NCBI GenBank assembly: GCA_964057225.1
Contig: OZ059899.1
Location: forward strand, 13,640,001-13,704,000
Source: Auanema rhodensis
Taxonomy: Eukaryota; Animalia; Nematoda
Length of the DNA stretch: 64,000 nt
Direction of reading: 5' to 3'
The notes below the pieces were generated by a model. The model was not told the origin of the DNA, searched no databases, and worked only from the letters and a program-made list of their open reading frames with translations. Positions 25,616-38,700 of the stretch are shown piece by piece. Position 1 is the first letter of the stretch, and each line of letters opens with the position of its first letter. Position numbers and translations under genes: made by a program.

Positions 25616-27405
25616 GATCTGAATCACGGTTTAGGACTTGAAAATTAAAAATTAAAAGAAAAAATAAATAGAAATACGCTGAAAATGCTATGAAAATAGA
25701 AATAGAGAGAGAGAGAAATAAGGTTGGGATCATGATGGTCGGCTGGAGTAGTGGAGAAGAATAGAATGGGATTAGGAACTTGTTTCAAAGCCAACCCTGT
25801 TTGCCAGATAGTGAGAGTGATATGATGGCTTTAATGAGTTTTGCCATTCACTTAATATTGGTCATCTTTATACTAAAGATAGACAGGAAATTTTAAAAAA
25901 ATTGCAAATAGAGAAAGAAAAGGAAACAGAAAGAGAGATAGAGAGAGATTAATAGATATAATTGGAATGATATATCACCTGAGAACACAGAAGCACATGG
26001 TGGAAATTGGTGAAAAAAACGTTTTGAAGTTAAAAAGCAATATCTTGCAAATTCTTATGTTTTTTTGCTTGTTCCTTTGACAACAATTGATCCAGATATC
26101 TAACAATTGCATTGAAAAAGAAACAAACTGTTTACTGATTTGGAAGAACGATATACAAACAGAAACTTGGAATACTCTAGTTTATTCGTTACATAAACCT
26201 TTTTATTATTTTCAAAAGCAAATATGTTTTGTACTTTCAAATCACTCGAACTCAACTCTCAAACCTTTCAGGTATATGGGCTATTTTTCATTTTAACTCC
26301 AATGCTCTTCTTATGTTTTCAATTCTTTGCCCTTCTATTCATTTCTGTGAAGCGTTGAGTCTCATTCAAAACTTCGACGACGAGCTATTCAACCAAGAAT
26401 CTGGCAAATCAACAAACGTTTTCAAAAGATAAAATCGTTTTTCTTCTTAAACTTCACCAATCATGATTGGAAAAGACGTGTTATGTGTTCAAATGAAATG
26501 GCAAGTTGAAGTGAATCCTGTAACTAGCTATTTCGCCAAGATCACTGAACATCTTTTTCATGTAAGGCTTAGCTACTAAAACTTTGATGAAAAAGCCATT
26601 TTTTTCATTTACGTGTCTCTTTGAAATGAGATGAGACACGACGATCAGAAAATGTCTCAGCTTCGCGCCGTGCTCCAATCCTCGTTTTGAAAAAGATTTG
26701 AGAGAAGATATCATGTATCATCACACATCAATATCCGACTGTTTTTGGGTTCATTCAGGAAGTTCGTTCTAATTAATTTTGAAAACAATTAGGTGTTGTG
26801 AATCACACAATTCCAATTAGAAGAGAGAGGATATCTATTAATTATCGTCGAAACAATAATAACAAGATTTTGAAATTTCTTTTGAAAAATCCCTTTTTCT
26901 CTCATCCATCATTTCAAATTTTCAAGATTAGAGATATGTAAGTACAGTTAGATGATATGAAATCAAATGAAATATATATATATCTGATTGGTTTTGAAAT
27001 ACTTATAGATCCAATTAATTGGCTTTTCTCCCAGAAATCTCAGGTATTCCAATTTTTTGATGAAAGTTTTACTGTTCTTTCACTTTTGCGAATCTTTTCC
27101 AGCTAATTGAGGTCACTAAAGAGAGTTGAAGATAAGAAAAACGCGGTCAAGACAATTGGAAATCTTTTTTATCATTATATCTCCAGCCACCTGAGAGTAG
27201 AAAGATAGCTCTTCTTGCTTGAGATCACTTGTTATATCCTCTTTGAATATCCTCATTCAGTTCATCTGATATCAGCATCAGCAATTCAATATCAGCTATC
27301 ATCTGTAATATTTCGGATACGTTCTCTCAGAAGAAAGCAAAATCATTGGCTTTTCAAAGCTTTTCGAACTATTTGTGGAATTTCTATTTATAAGCAAAGT
27401 TCGCT

Positions 27406-28732
27406 ATGTATGACGATCCGCGTGAACCAGCTTACAAAGTTATAATACTAATATCCTTATCAGCAACAGTTATTTCAATGTCGTTTATGTCATCTGTTAT
27501 TCCTATTCTAACTCAATTGTCTGATACCTTAGGAGATCAAATTGTACGAGATGCTTACTATTGTCAGGTAAATATATTTTATTTTTGATTTCTAATTAGA
27601 ATATTAGCATACGTTAGTTGTTATTATTCCGTTCACGTGAATACGTGAATACGTCACTAACTCATTTCTTTTATAATTTATTAACGATAGCCGTTGCATT
27701 TGAAAACAAAGCAATTTTTGTCTATTTGTTTTCTCAAAAAAAGTCAAATCTTGAACCGCTCACTCGCATACAATCTATTTACAAATTATTTTCCAGGAAA
27801 ACTACGAACAGTTAACGTCACTTTCACGCCACTTAATTCAAAATAGTACCAGAGAAAAGAGAAATTGGGACGGAACTGCAGAAACTTGCACGTTAGTAAC
27901 AACATTTCCTATTTTCTTTTCTTATCAGAAAATTATTTGCATGACCTTTGAAATTCTCGTTTTCTGAACAAAAAAGTTGTGTTATTTCAGTTGTCGATTC
28001 CCACGTGGACCACCTGGACTACCTGGACGTGACGGTTTGCGTGGTGCCCCGGGTAGCAAGGGAGCTACTGGCTTACCAGCTCGTCTTCCTTGTCAGCCAC
28101 AGCCCGACATAAAGAAAATCTGTATTGATCCATGTCCTACAGGAGAACAGGGACTTCCTGGTATTCAGGGACCACCAGGAGATAAGGGATCAACTGGTAA
28201 TGTAGGAAAACCGGGAAAACGAGGTCTTGATGGTAAAAATGGACTCAAGGTAATTTCACTTTAGCAATAGGTCTTAAAACATAGGCTTAGGGAAATCCTG
28301 GTCCACGTGGTATTCCCGGATTAGCTGGAGAACAAGGAGATCCAGGACAAGATGCTGTTCAACAACCATTCATTCCAGGACCACCTGGAGAACAAGGAGA
28401 TGAAGGACCACAAGGACCACCAGGTTGAAAGTGAAGACAATATAGATGAACCTTTTAACTTTCTAGGACCAATGGGAATGCCCGGAATCGATGGTCATCA
28501 AGGACCACCAGGACCGCGCGGTAAAAAGGGAAAGGATGGATTCCCTGGAAGCAAGGGTACTGTTGGATTGGATGGGCCTATGGGAGATCACGGAGATGAA
28601 GGAGAAAAAGGAGTAAGATAACAATGAAATAACTAAAAAACTAACTTCATCATTCAGGTGTGTCCAACTTATTGTGCAGCCGACGGAGGGGTATTCTTCG
28701 TTCAACCACCCGATTGGTTCTTCCAAAATTAA
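27406..28732 (+). CDS. dpy-2: Cuticle collagen, DPY-2-like
   Basis: N-terminal TM anchor, REKR furin site, CTCRFPRGPPG, Gly-X-Y blocks interrupted by PCQPQPDIKKICIDPCP, C-terminus CPTYCAADGGVFFVQPPDWFFQN*. The tail resembles my recollection of DPY-2. Collagen call is firm; the symbol is tentative. Confidence 0.7.
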
Positions 28733-28998
28733 AAACAAAAAATTGAATATTATGTGATAATAAGAAGACAAATACCTCAAAAAATAGCTAATATTGTTCA
28801 TAAAATGTAATAATAATTGTATTATAGAATTATGTCTCACTCTCCTTTAAGCGCTTTCCATCAGGTTATTAACACATTCCAATAAAATTAATTTATTTCA
28901 AATGTTTTTTTTATAATAAAGAGTCGTTAAAAAGTGAGAAAAAATGGCTAAAAAATCAATAGAATTTGAATATTACAGTTAAATATGGTTAAAAGCAT

Positions 28999-29965
28999 TT
29001 AGTGAAAGTTCTTTTTAGGCTTGACAGATGGTGTACCAAGAAGGCTGTCAGATCTAGAACTTACAACGTTAAGCATATAATCTTATAAAAAAAAGAAGAA
29101 ATATACCTATCGAAGATGACAAGATCATCATTAATTTCATGAATTGCGAAAGCTGCAAGTTTCTTGTAGTACTCAGAGAATTGAATCTAAAACAATATTT
29201 CAAATTTGTACCACATTTTTCAAATCTATTACTTGTTTCTCGTGTAAGTAGCACATGCAGCTGTAACTCAAGTAGCAGAAGTAGAAATGGACAAGACATA
29301 AGATCAGAGCATTAGTATTGACGAGAATAGCTTGAGCTGAAAGAAGATTTCGCATGATTGCGATGAAAATTATGAAAAAAACCAATTGGTATTCCGAAAT
29401 GAGAATAGGAAACCATGTAGTAGATGATAGTTCCCCAAGCATATAGTAACATTCCCATGAAGATAATCTACAGGAAATAATGAATTTCATTCTTTCAACT
29501 TCATTGAATATGGTACCTGAATGATGAAGAATGGCACAAGAAGTTCCTTTCTCTCTTTGAACAATCCAAAGAATCCAATAAGGATTATGAACAATGTTCC
29601 AACCATCAGGAAGATTGATGGCATAGAAAGTATATGTCCATTAATAGCGCTATGATGAACAAAAGCCAATATAGCTAAGATATAGATAACATAGCTAACT
29701 ATGCATGCCGACTAAATATATAATTGAACATTCATCAAAGACATATCAACTAACTTTAATAGAAAATGAGTTGCCCAAAGTTCTAGGACTTTGAATACGA
29801 GGACGTTCAGTCTCAAGATATCCTAGATTGTTAGAAGCTGTTCTATAACATCAAAATATAAATACAATTAAACAAACAAATTAAACCAAACCTAACAGGC
29901 TCAAGGTGTAAGGTTTTAAATTTGTCGAAAGCCTGATCATTAGTCTCATCCACCGTTGTCGACAT
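28999..29965 (-). CDS. Small nematode multi-pass (about 4 TM) membrane protein, unknown function
   Basis: Spliced: MSTTVDETNDQAF...|SACIVSYVIYILAILAFVHH...LIGFFGLFKERKELLVPFFIIQ|... ending KPKKNFH*. Confidence 0.65.
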
Positions 29966-31163
29966 TATTGTATTGTAAGAGTTAATGGCCAAGTAAAAAG
30001 TGAAATATGAGCAATATAAAGATTTCTTCTCAAATGGTTCATTATAAACATTTTTTTGTAGATCATTATTACTATTTGTATATAAATATATATAAATATA
30101 TATATATTCTTTGATTTTTGAAAAAAAACTATAAATATTGAATTATTGATCTTTATCTTTGTACTTTGATAATTTATATATTAAAGTAGATTATTATATA
30201 TATATATAATATATATTATTGATAATATTAGATAATGCGTAGAATTCTTAAAGGCTCAGCATTCGAATAGCTATTTTTTTCGAAAATTAAAAACAATTTG
30301 AATAATTAAAAATAAAAATATTACTAATTTTCTGATTATGCAACCGCTCTATCTTAATCTTAGTTAGAAAAACAAAGGTATATTCATTAATAGTGTCACG
30401 TGTACTTCACGTCATATGCTAATTTTCTATTAAATATAATTTTTGATATTTTTTTAAAATTATTCTTATATATTGTATTTCCCTCTTAATAATTTGTTGA
30501 GTTTTACCAGAATTTGTTGAGTTTTACTGTTGATAAGAGTTACGTATGCCATAAAGGTTCAATAATATCAAAGTTCGTAATATCATAGATATTTTGAAAT
30601 ATGATTTAAAACTTAAAACTTGATTAGAGAAGCACGCATTACGCTTTTTTTTATCTAAAGCAGTATTGAGTTGCTAGGTTTTTTCGTGTAATACACCCCT
30701 GAGTAGTATCGATTCAACTAATTTTTTAAAGAGAATTTGTCATTGAATTCCGAAAAAAAATAAATTTTCTTTTACAGCAATTTCTTTGGAATCTTCGTAA
30801 TGCGACTTTATTCTGTAAATTTTCACTTTCCGTAGTAGTCAAGGTTTTTGAACATTGTAGGACTGAGCGAATCTAACCTTGCTTGCCTCAGCTATTGTAT
30901 CGTCCCATAAAGATGGTAGAAAAAAAAGGATTCTTCAACGAATATGAAGAATAACTTTTTTTTTTTGTAAAAATTGCCATATTCTCAACATTCTATTTTC
31001 TATTGGTCATGTATAGATTTTTAAAAAAAATTAACTATATACAAGCATAAGTAAAGAATAATTTATTTAAGGCTTGATAATAAAATACAGATGCCTTTTG
31101 ATTGATTGTTGCACAAGAAATCACAGTTCGATATACATGTACGAAATAAGGAAAATACAAAAT

Positions 31164-31205
<42 letters not shown>

Positions 31206-31946
31206 GAGAGAGGTGAAAAAAAATTATTTTAAATAAAGTTATTTGTCCCTACCATCCAAACTATCTCAAATACAATAAGAGCTAGGAATCGATATCGATT
31301 GAAAAAAAGGAGAGTAGTATTGCTAAAGCCACAATTGTATATAACAAAGAAAAACTTTAATTATTGAAGAAAAAAAATTAAATAATTTGGAGAAAAATAA
31401 GAATAATGGACTCGTATTGCTCGATATTTACACACAAGCACAGAGTGAGGCTTAACAGTAGAAAGTATATATATGTATATATATATATAGAGAGAGAGAG
31501 AAAAAAGAGTGATAAAGGATAGAGAGAACTGTTTTAGGAAACAATAAATAAATAAGACGAAATTACTTGAAAATGCTCTAAATGAGATGTTAGGCGATTG
31601 TTGGAGTGGAAATTTGGCAGAAATCCAATTAAAAAAATTATTTCAAAAGGGTGATTCTCGTTGGATGGAACGACACACCATTGTGCTTAGATTAATTTTG
31701 AAATGTTTGAGGTGTTTCCTTCAGATTTTATAGATAAATAATCTTCTTTCTTTTTGCTTTCAAATAAGAAAGCACAGATCATTTCTATTAATATTAATTA
31801 TAAAATACCAGTCTTGTAATAATAATCTATATCAATCTAAGAATTATATTTTAAATTGGAAGGCAAGATGGAGAATGGGGTAAGTTTTAGAATCATTGAT
31901 TGTATAATCTTCTTTTGAGTTAGTTATCAACAATTCGATTGAACAT

Positions 31947-34900
31947 TTACAGATGATAATTCAAGCCAGGAAGCATTCCATGCTTTAATGAGTTCAACTC
32001 TGGCAAGCGTAATGGTTGGTGCAATGGATTTGTTGGATCATGTAAACTAGATGATGGTGATGCTATTGATGAGCTAAGACTTGATGATAATGACGTCAAT
32101 TGATGAGCTGATGGTGTTGATGGGGCTGTTGGTACGGAGTTACCACCTTGAACTCCAGGAGGGCAAAGCATTTGTGGGGTAACTTGCTGAGGACCACCGT
32201 GTTGTTGCAAGCCGTAGCTCGAAGCGGCTGGTCCAAGATGACTAGGTCCCATAGACATTTGAGCATGTAAATCTGCTTGTTCAGCTCCTAGCATTCCTCC
32301 GTGCATGCCAGCATGATGAATCTGAGAATAGAAATGTAATGAAAGTTATGGAAAAGAGCTTACCTTCATGTGCATATTCTCCATGCCCATCGAGGTTGTG
32401 GTGGAATTAGAATGATCTTTCGTTAACAGAAGTGGAGTAGTAGAAGTAACATCTTCCTCCTCCTTAATCACTTTCATTTCCTTATCGTCAGGTTTACATA
32501 ACGTCGTCTTCCAATGTGTTCGTAAGCCAGAAGGACTAAATTCATACACATGAAGTTTATTCAATAAAGTTACTGATATACCTGATGTACTTCTTTCCAC
32601 ACGAATTGCAAGAGTATGGCCGTTCATTGGCATGAAGACGTTTGTGAAGACGTAAATGAACATACTGAGTGAACTTAGCATTACACACATCACATCCATA
32701 TGGTTTTTGACCATTATGAAGACGTAAATGTGTTTTTAAGTTTGACGTTGATGAGAAGCGTTTGTCACAGATTTCACATCGGTGTGGTCTTTCTCCTGTA
32801 TGCACGAGATTATGCTTTTGAAGATGAGCTAGTTGTGTGAATTCTTTACCACAGACTTGGCACTTAAAAGGTCGTTCACCCGTATGTGTTCTAAATAGTA
32901 AGGTTTAGAAAAACATTGAAATATGGGCTTAGATTACCTAACATGAACTTTGAGGTTAGAAAGTTGACCAAATGTCTTATTACATTCTTTGCAAGCGTAT
33001 CTTGTTTTTCCGTTTTCTTGCTGTTGGACATACTGTAATCAGAAGCTTAACCATGTTACGTCTGAGATATGCTTACCTTTGGAACATTGTAGTTATCAGT
33101 TGGAGCTGGAGTGCTTGATGGGGGGAAGTTAGCTGAATGGAATCCACTGCCAGCAGATCCACCTCCTCCGCCACCTCCGGCAAAATGACCAGACAATCCT
33201 CCGGCTGCGAAGGTTGGCGTCGATGGGAACAGTGGTTTGATCTCTTGGCTACCGTATAGCCCAGAATAGTTTCCAAATGGAGTTCCGGCGGTGGCTGCTA
33301 GAACTGGCTGAGCATCTCGTGGTTGTCCACTACTGGTGATGCGCGAAGCAGCAGCAGCAGCGACAGCAGCCGCTGGAGTGGATTGTGGAACCCAGACCCC
33401 CGAAACTAAAAGTTTGATATTTGATTTAGAAAAACTATATGCATAGTAAGTACCTAATTCATTGAGCTGTTGATGATGGCGCCGTACATAATCTTGGAAA
33501 AAGCTTAAAGGATTGAGTGGACATGGTCGAACCACTGCTGGATTGGTAGCGGCTAGTCCAAGTGGAGGTAATCTAGTTGGAACTGGACGATGTAAAGGCG
33601 TTTGAATGACATTCGGACGTGCTTGAACCTCCGTTAAACTTGGAGGAGAACAACTGAAACCGACATAATTGCTTGAATATTCGCTGATTCACATGATTTA
33701 CCTTGTTGAATTGCTTTTTTCGCTGGAAGCATCATCTGATTGAAGAGGCGAAGTTTCAGAATCACTGTTGTTCACGCTGTCAGCATCAGCAGCTTTTTCC
33801 GAGCGACTACTTTCAATAGTATCTTTCTTTAAAGTATATTCGATACTGGCATTAGGAGAGGTTGCTCGTTTAGGTACAGGAGACCATGTAATAGGCTTGG
33901 AAGTTAAAGTTGATGGAGTTGATGCAAGTCCTGAAATTGACAAGATGAAAACAAAACACTTGTAGCTTCTACAAACCTGCTCTAGGTAGCTCACATGAGA
34001 TCGGATATTTCAATTTTTGCGCATAATCACGACTGTACCAGAACGTTAATTCACTATTTTCTTTAATTGGGCGAATTGAAAAGAAGAAAATATCCCTGTC
34101 AACCTTGAAAAAAGCATTTGTTTAGGAAAAAATGGTTTTTTCATATTTTTACCTGACAAACAACAAGATTCTGCTCTTCTGTTGTAGTAGCAACGTTGAC
34201 ATATTTCATCCAGTTACATCTGGAATCATCTTCCACATTTATGGTTTTCATGATTCGACCACCGGATGGTGACATGATCTGAAGTTCATTTAATGATGTT
34301 AACAGCGTTTTGCCATCAAATGGCTTACCTTCCATTCGGCTGGAGTTTCCATAGAAACGGATGTCTTACGGTCACCCCCCGCTTCTGATGCTTCGGTAGG
34401 AAATACCATAGCAGCATCGGGAGTCACAGAACGGTTTTCTCCTACCAAGGGACCGAATCGTACTCCAGGTGGAATATAATCTAATGACCAAATTGACATC
34501 TTTGATGGATCCTTAGCTGATGATCTTATAGTTAGATTCAACGGCAATGATGTGATAGCACGATTCTTTGAATCCTAAAGCACAAAGTGTTAAATGAGCC
34601 AAGAATTACTTCTATAACTACTTTTGGCGTTGGTTTGTCCGGAACATGAAAAACACATTTCGCAGTAAAAGCTTCGTCTGATATATCACGCCAATCTATA
34701 TCGGACCTAGACGTGTCCACTGAAAAATATGAAAAGTATAAGAATTTAAAATTAAATCGTTGATTTACAGGTTTTTTTTGATTTTTGATGTGTTTCTAAG
34801 TGTACTTATTGGATCATTTATTATAACACATACATATATGATTTCCTTATTATAGAAAAAATGATTGAAAATTCGTTAATAGCTGGTCTTAGTGATGAAA

Positions 34901-35742
34901 CTACATAGGACATTAGCTCTACAACATCGAACAGGTCTCCCGTGAACATCGTCCTTCATCGGATAACATCCGAATAGTAGTCGGAGACAGAAACCCTCCA
35001 TGAAACATACGGACGAAGATGATGGTGACGATGATGAAGATGAACAAAAACGTTTTGAAAGAAGACGAGAGCGGACTTAGATCCTTTGGCTATTATAATC
35101 TACTATACAATTCAATTTATTCGCTTTTATTTGGATAGAAAAAAGGAGAATCCAGATTTTCATGTCATTCTATCAGAGAGGAAAAACTTAAAATTTACAA
35201 AATGCATGAAAATCGTAGAGCAGAATAAGAAAAAAAAGTATAATAGCTGTATGAACAATAGGATTTAACCAGAATATTGCTAGTATTTCTGAATCTGAAC
35301 AAACTGTACCTAGAAGAAACAGATCAAAGTTCATTCGAGAAGAATCATCAAATAGGTTCGCCTCGTGTGTTTTTGAAATTCTAATGGAATCAGAAGAAAG
35401 TGATTGAATTGATAAGACTACCCCACTCAATAATATGAAAACTGATAAGTATGGAGAAAAGACACGAATCTGTAGATGTATGCCTAAGGCAATCAAAAAA
35501 AACTTTTTTCTTTTTCATCCGGTATGGAATTTGCGCTATTCTCAAAGGTGGGCAAAGGTTGCTTTTGATGATTTTTCTAGCCATCGAATGATAATTAAGA
35601 TATCTAATCAATTACCTGGTGCAGGTGGCACGTAAGGTACACTTGATGATGAAGCAGCAGTTGATGAAGTTTGCCCAGCAGGCGCAACACCGAATGGAGC
35701 CGGTGGAGCAGCGGACGAGCCGTCTCCTCGGTCCTCACCCAT
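31947..35742 (-). CDS. blmp-1: Blimp-1/PRDM1 PR-SET and C2H2 zinc-finger transcription factor
   Basis: PR domain [10 protein letters not shown]...CNWMKYVN...EQNLVVCQ...[11 protein letters not shown]. Five fingers starting [29 protein letters not shown] and ending [15 protein letters not shown] directly after a TTCCAG acceptor. Confidence 0.96.
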
Positions 35743-38700
35743 CTGGAAAAAACAAAAAAAATCAGTCAGAGAACAGAAAAAAAAGAAAAGACAAATCATT
35801 GAAAGTAAACTCAAAACATCAAATTTTATTCGAGATATGACACTCAAATCAGAAAAAATCGATTAAGTTATCAGCAATCGATGCCAGAACCATAGGGCAC
35901 AAGAAGCTTAAGAAAGACCGAATTGAAAAAAGAAAGGTAAGTGATGACGGTAGAGCAAAGGTCCGGAAAGGAGAAAAGACAGATTGGAAAGAGACGATGA
36001 ATGGATACTAAGAATGCAACCGTTGTTTGAGGAAGAACTGCCGAAAATGAAAAATGCGGATTCGAATTGCACGTGAAAACGCGTCTGTAGAGTTTCACGT
36101 GAAACTGTGAAATTCAAATGTTTATGGAGCAAATGGCTATACTATTCAAGATTTGAAAGAAAGAAGATCAAATCTCAAGCACATAAAAACTTATTCAGAG
36201 CATTAACTATATTAAAAAGAATATTAGCATTAGTGAAGAAATCTTTTTTTTTCAGTGTTCATTGAAAAAATCTTCAAAATCTAAGTGAGATTTTGAAAAA
36301 AAAAATAAAATGGGAGAATAATGATAAAGAGAAAGTAAATCAGAATAGTGAAAAGATAATGTAAAATACATAGAGAGCAAGAGACAGAGAGAAGGGTGCT
36401 GAGAGTGACGAGCACGAAGAAGATAACAAAATGTTCTCTTTCTTTGCTATGTAACGGTTACTCTTTGTCAATTGATTGTCAATAGAAAGTCATTTTAATC
36501 ATTTTTCTTTTAAAAAAAAGAGAAGCATCAGTCTCCAAGAAGGCTGTCATTCATACAGTCAGACAACCGGTAGCCAATCATCGTACGATGCTGGATTTCG
36601 ATATGAAGACTGTAGCTGAAGAGAAAAAAAGAAAAGAAAGAGACATGATGAAGAAGAAATAGAAGATGACAAGGATTAAGAAGCCAATTGGGCATTCTAT
36701 CAAAGTACTGACTTTCGGGACAAAACGACAATGACCTTGTTCGAGCTGCCAAACGACAAGACGAAACAGAGAGCTGCAAGGAGACAGATACAGTTGCAAT
36801 AGGGGAAAATGAAGACAAGTGAATGATAGAGGGTGAGAGTGCGTATCTTAAAAGGAAAAAAAGTAGAAAAGGAAATATAAATATAAGCTCAAATGAAAGA
36901 AAAAGAATAGTTAGTAATAGATAAACGATTATATAAACTTAAAAAGAAAAAAGAAAAACTATAATTTGAATATAGTTATGAGGATAGTAATCATTCTAGA
37001 TCTTGAGAATAATATTTATATCAGAAAGAAATGATCAACAAAGAGAAAAGGGAAAGATGTATGTATGTGTATGTAGTTGAGGGTCTGTCAGATGATGATG
37101 GTATGCAGAAACGACGGTGACGACAACGATGATGATGATTACGCTGACAACAACGTCGACGAGGTAAACCTTCGTGGCTGGTTGGATAGGATGAAGGTCA
37201 TCGGTATACAGAAGAGGAAGAGGACATGGGCAGAGGCAAAAATTCAAAAACGAGAATAAACATATGCAGTTTGGCGAAAAAAAATGTCGGATGGGGAGAG
37301 TGGACGGGTGAGAAGTTAATATTACGAATTGGAATGGCAAGAGATGCATGTTGGGTGTTTCGAGATTTGAATGATCTCCGGTGGACTTTCGCTAGGTACC
37401 CTCTTTCATTCCTTTGCAATTCACTTTCTCAGTTCAAATATTTTTATAAGCGTATATTTCTTTTCCTCTCTCTTCTGATATCTATATCTCTCTCTCTTTA
37501 TTCCCTTCCTTGGTATTGAAGATGAAAGTGCGTGGGATTGGGTCCGGGATCGGCGCACGCTGGACATGTTCAGCCGACGACAGGCTGCTGCTACTCTAGG
37601 CAATAATTGAAACATGTCCTTCTCACCAGTTTTGGATCTCATCTACTATATGTCCAGACGATCCTTTTTCGGAAGAAGATTTTCCTCTCTCCTGATTCTT
37701 GTGATTCTCTCACCTTTCCTATCCCATTCTTCATTGTTGTCCTTAGAGTTGTTAACTGTTTCCATGAATTATTTTCTCTCGCACTCTCTTCATTATTCTC
37801 TCTCTAGTCCCCTCAGTTCCTCTTCATCTTCTTCTAGTCTTTCACTTTATATACATACAGACAATAAAATGACAACGGAAATGAAGGGAAGACGTTCTTG
37901 TTGGCCAATTTCACCCTCGGTATCCTATTCCCTTTCACCTTTTATGGTTATTGCAAGTACAATCTATAAAATGTGGTCAGTGAATATGGTATGAATGTCA
38001 TTGCCTTTGAAAAAGGGAGGGTTTGCTTTCATTTCCGACAATCTTCCATCATGACTAATCGAAATAGAAAACTAGTATAATTGAAATTACTTGAAACAAA
38101 ACGAAAACTTTGCAGCTTGACCTCTGATTATCGTTTAGCCGTAAGATCTGGACAAGCGGTACGAACCGTTTACAAATGACTTTTCACTAACATCTCAAGA
38201 ACTCTTCAACATAACAACGAAAAAACTCAAATAACCATTTCCATGCGGTTGCCTCAAAACTTCAAAGAAATCAAAATTACGAGTTCTTCGATCATGTCAG
38301 TCAATCACTGTGTGTGTCTCAAAAATATTCTCTCAATACTGCAAATCAATTAGAAAATATATTATAATGATTTGTCGTACAAAATACCGTACTTTTTCAT
38401 TGAAAATTGAACTAATGGTCAAGTTCTATTAGTTCCCTCATTTTCTTTTTTTAGCAGCTTGAAGCTTAGAAGGTATATCGCTTAGAGAGAACCGAAAACA
38501 AGACAATATTCTCGTTTTCGTTACATGGAAAAGCAGGATTTGAGCTTATTGTGATCGCATCTTTATACGATAATAAGCATTTTACCAACTCGAACATAGC
38601 CAGCAGGCTTTCTCTTCTCCCAAAATGTTGTTGGTGAAATGAAGTGGTGATGTGGGGGGAGAGTATTAGTCAGAGTAAAGCCGATGAAGAGATGACGCAA

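Noticed and set aside
30697-30704. lin-4 seed match (CTCAGGG on the minus strand) for blmp-1
   Set aside because: It lies beyond the likely poly(A) signal near 31062-31067.
37077-37259. Acidic + strand ORF upstream of blmp-1
   Set aside because: Low-complexity GAY repeats, no recognisable domain, no convincing splice partners.
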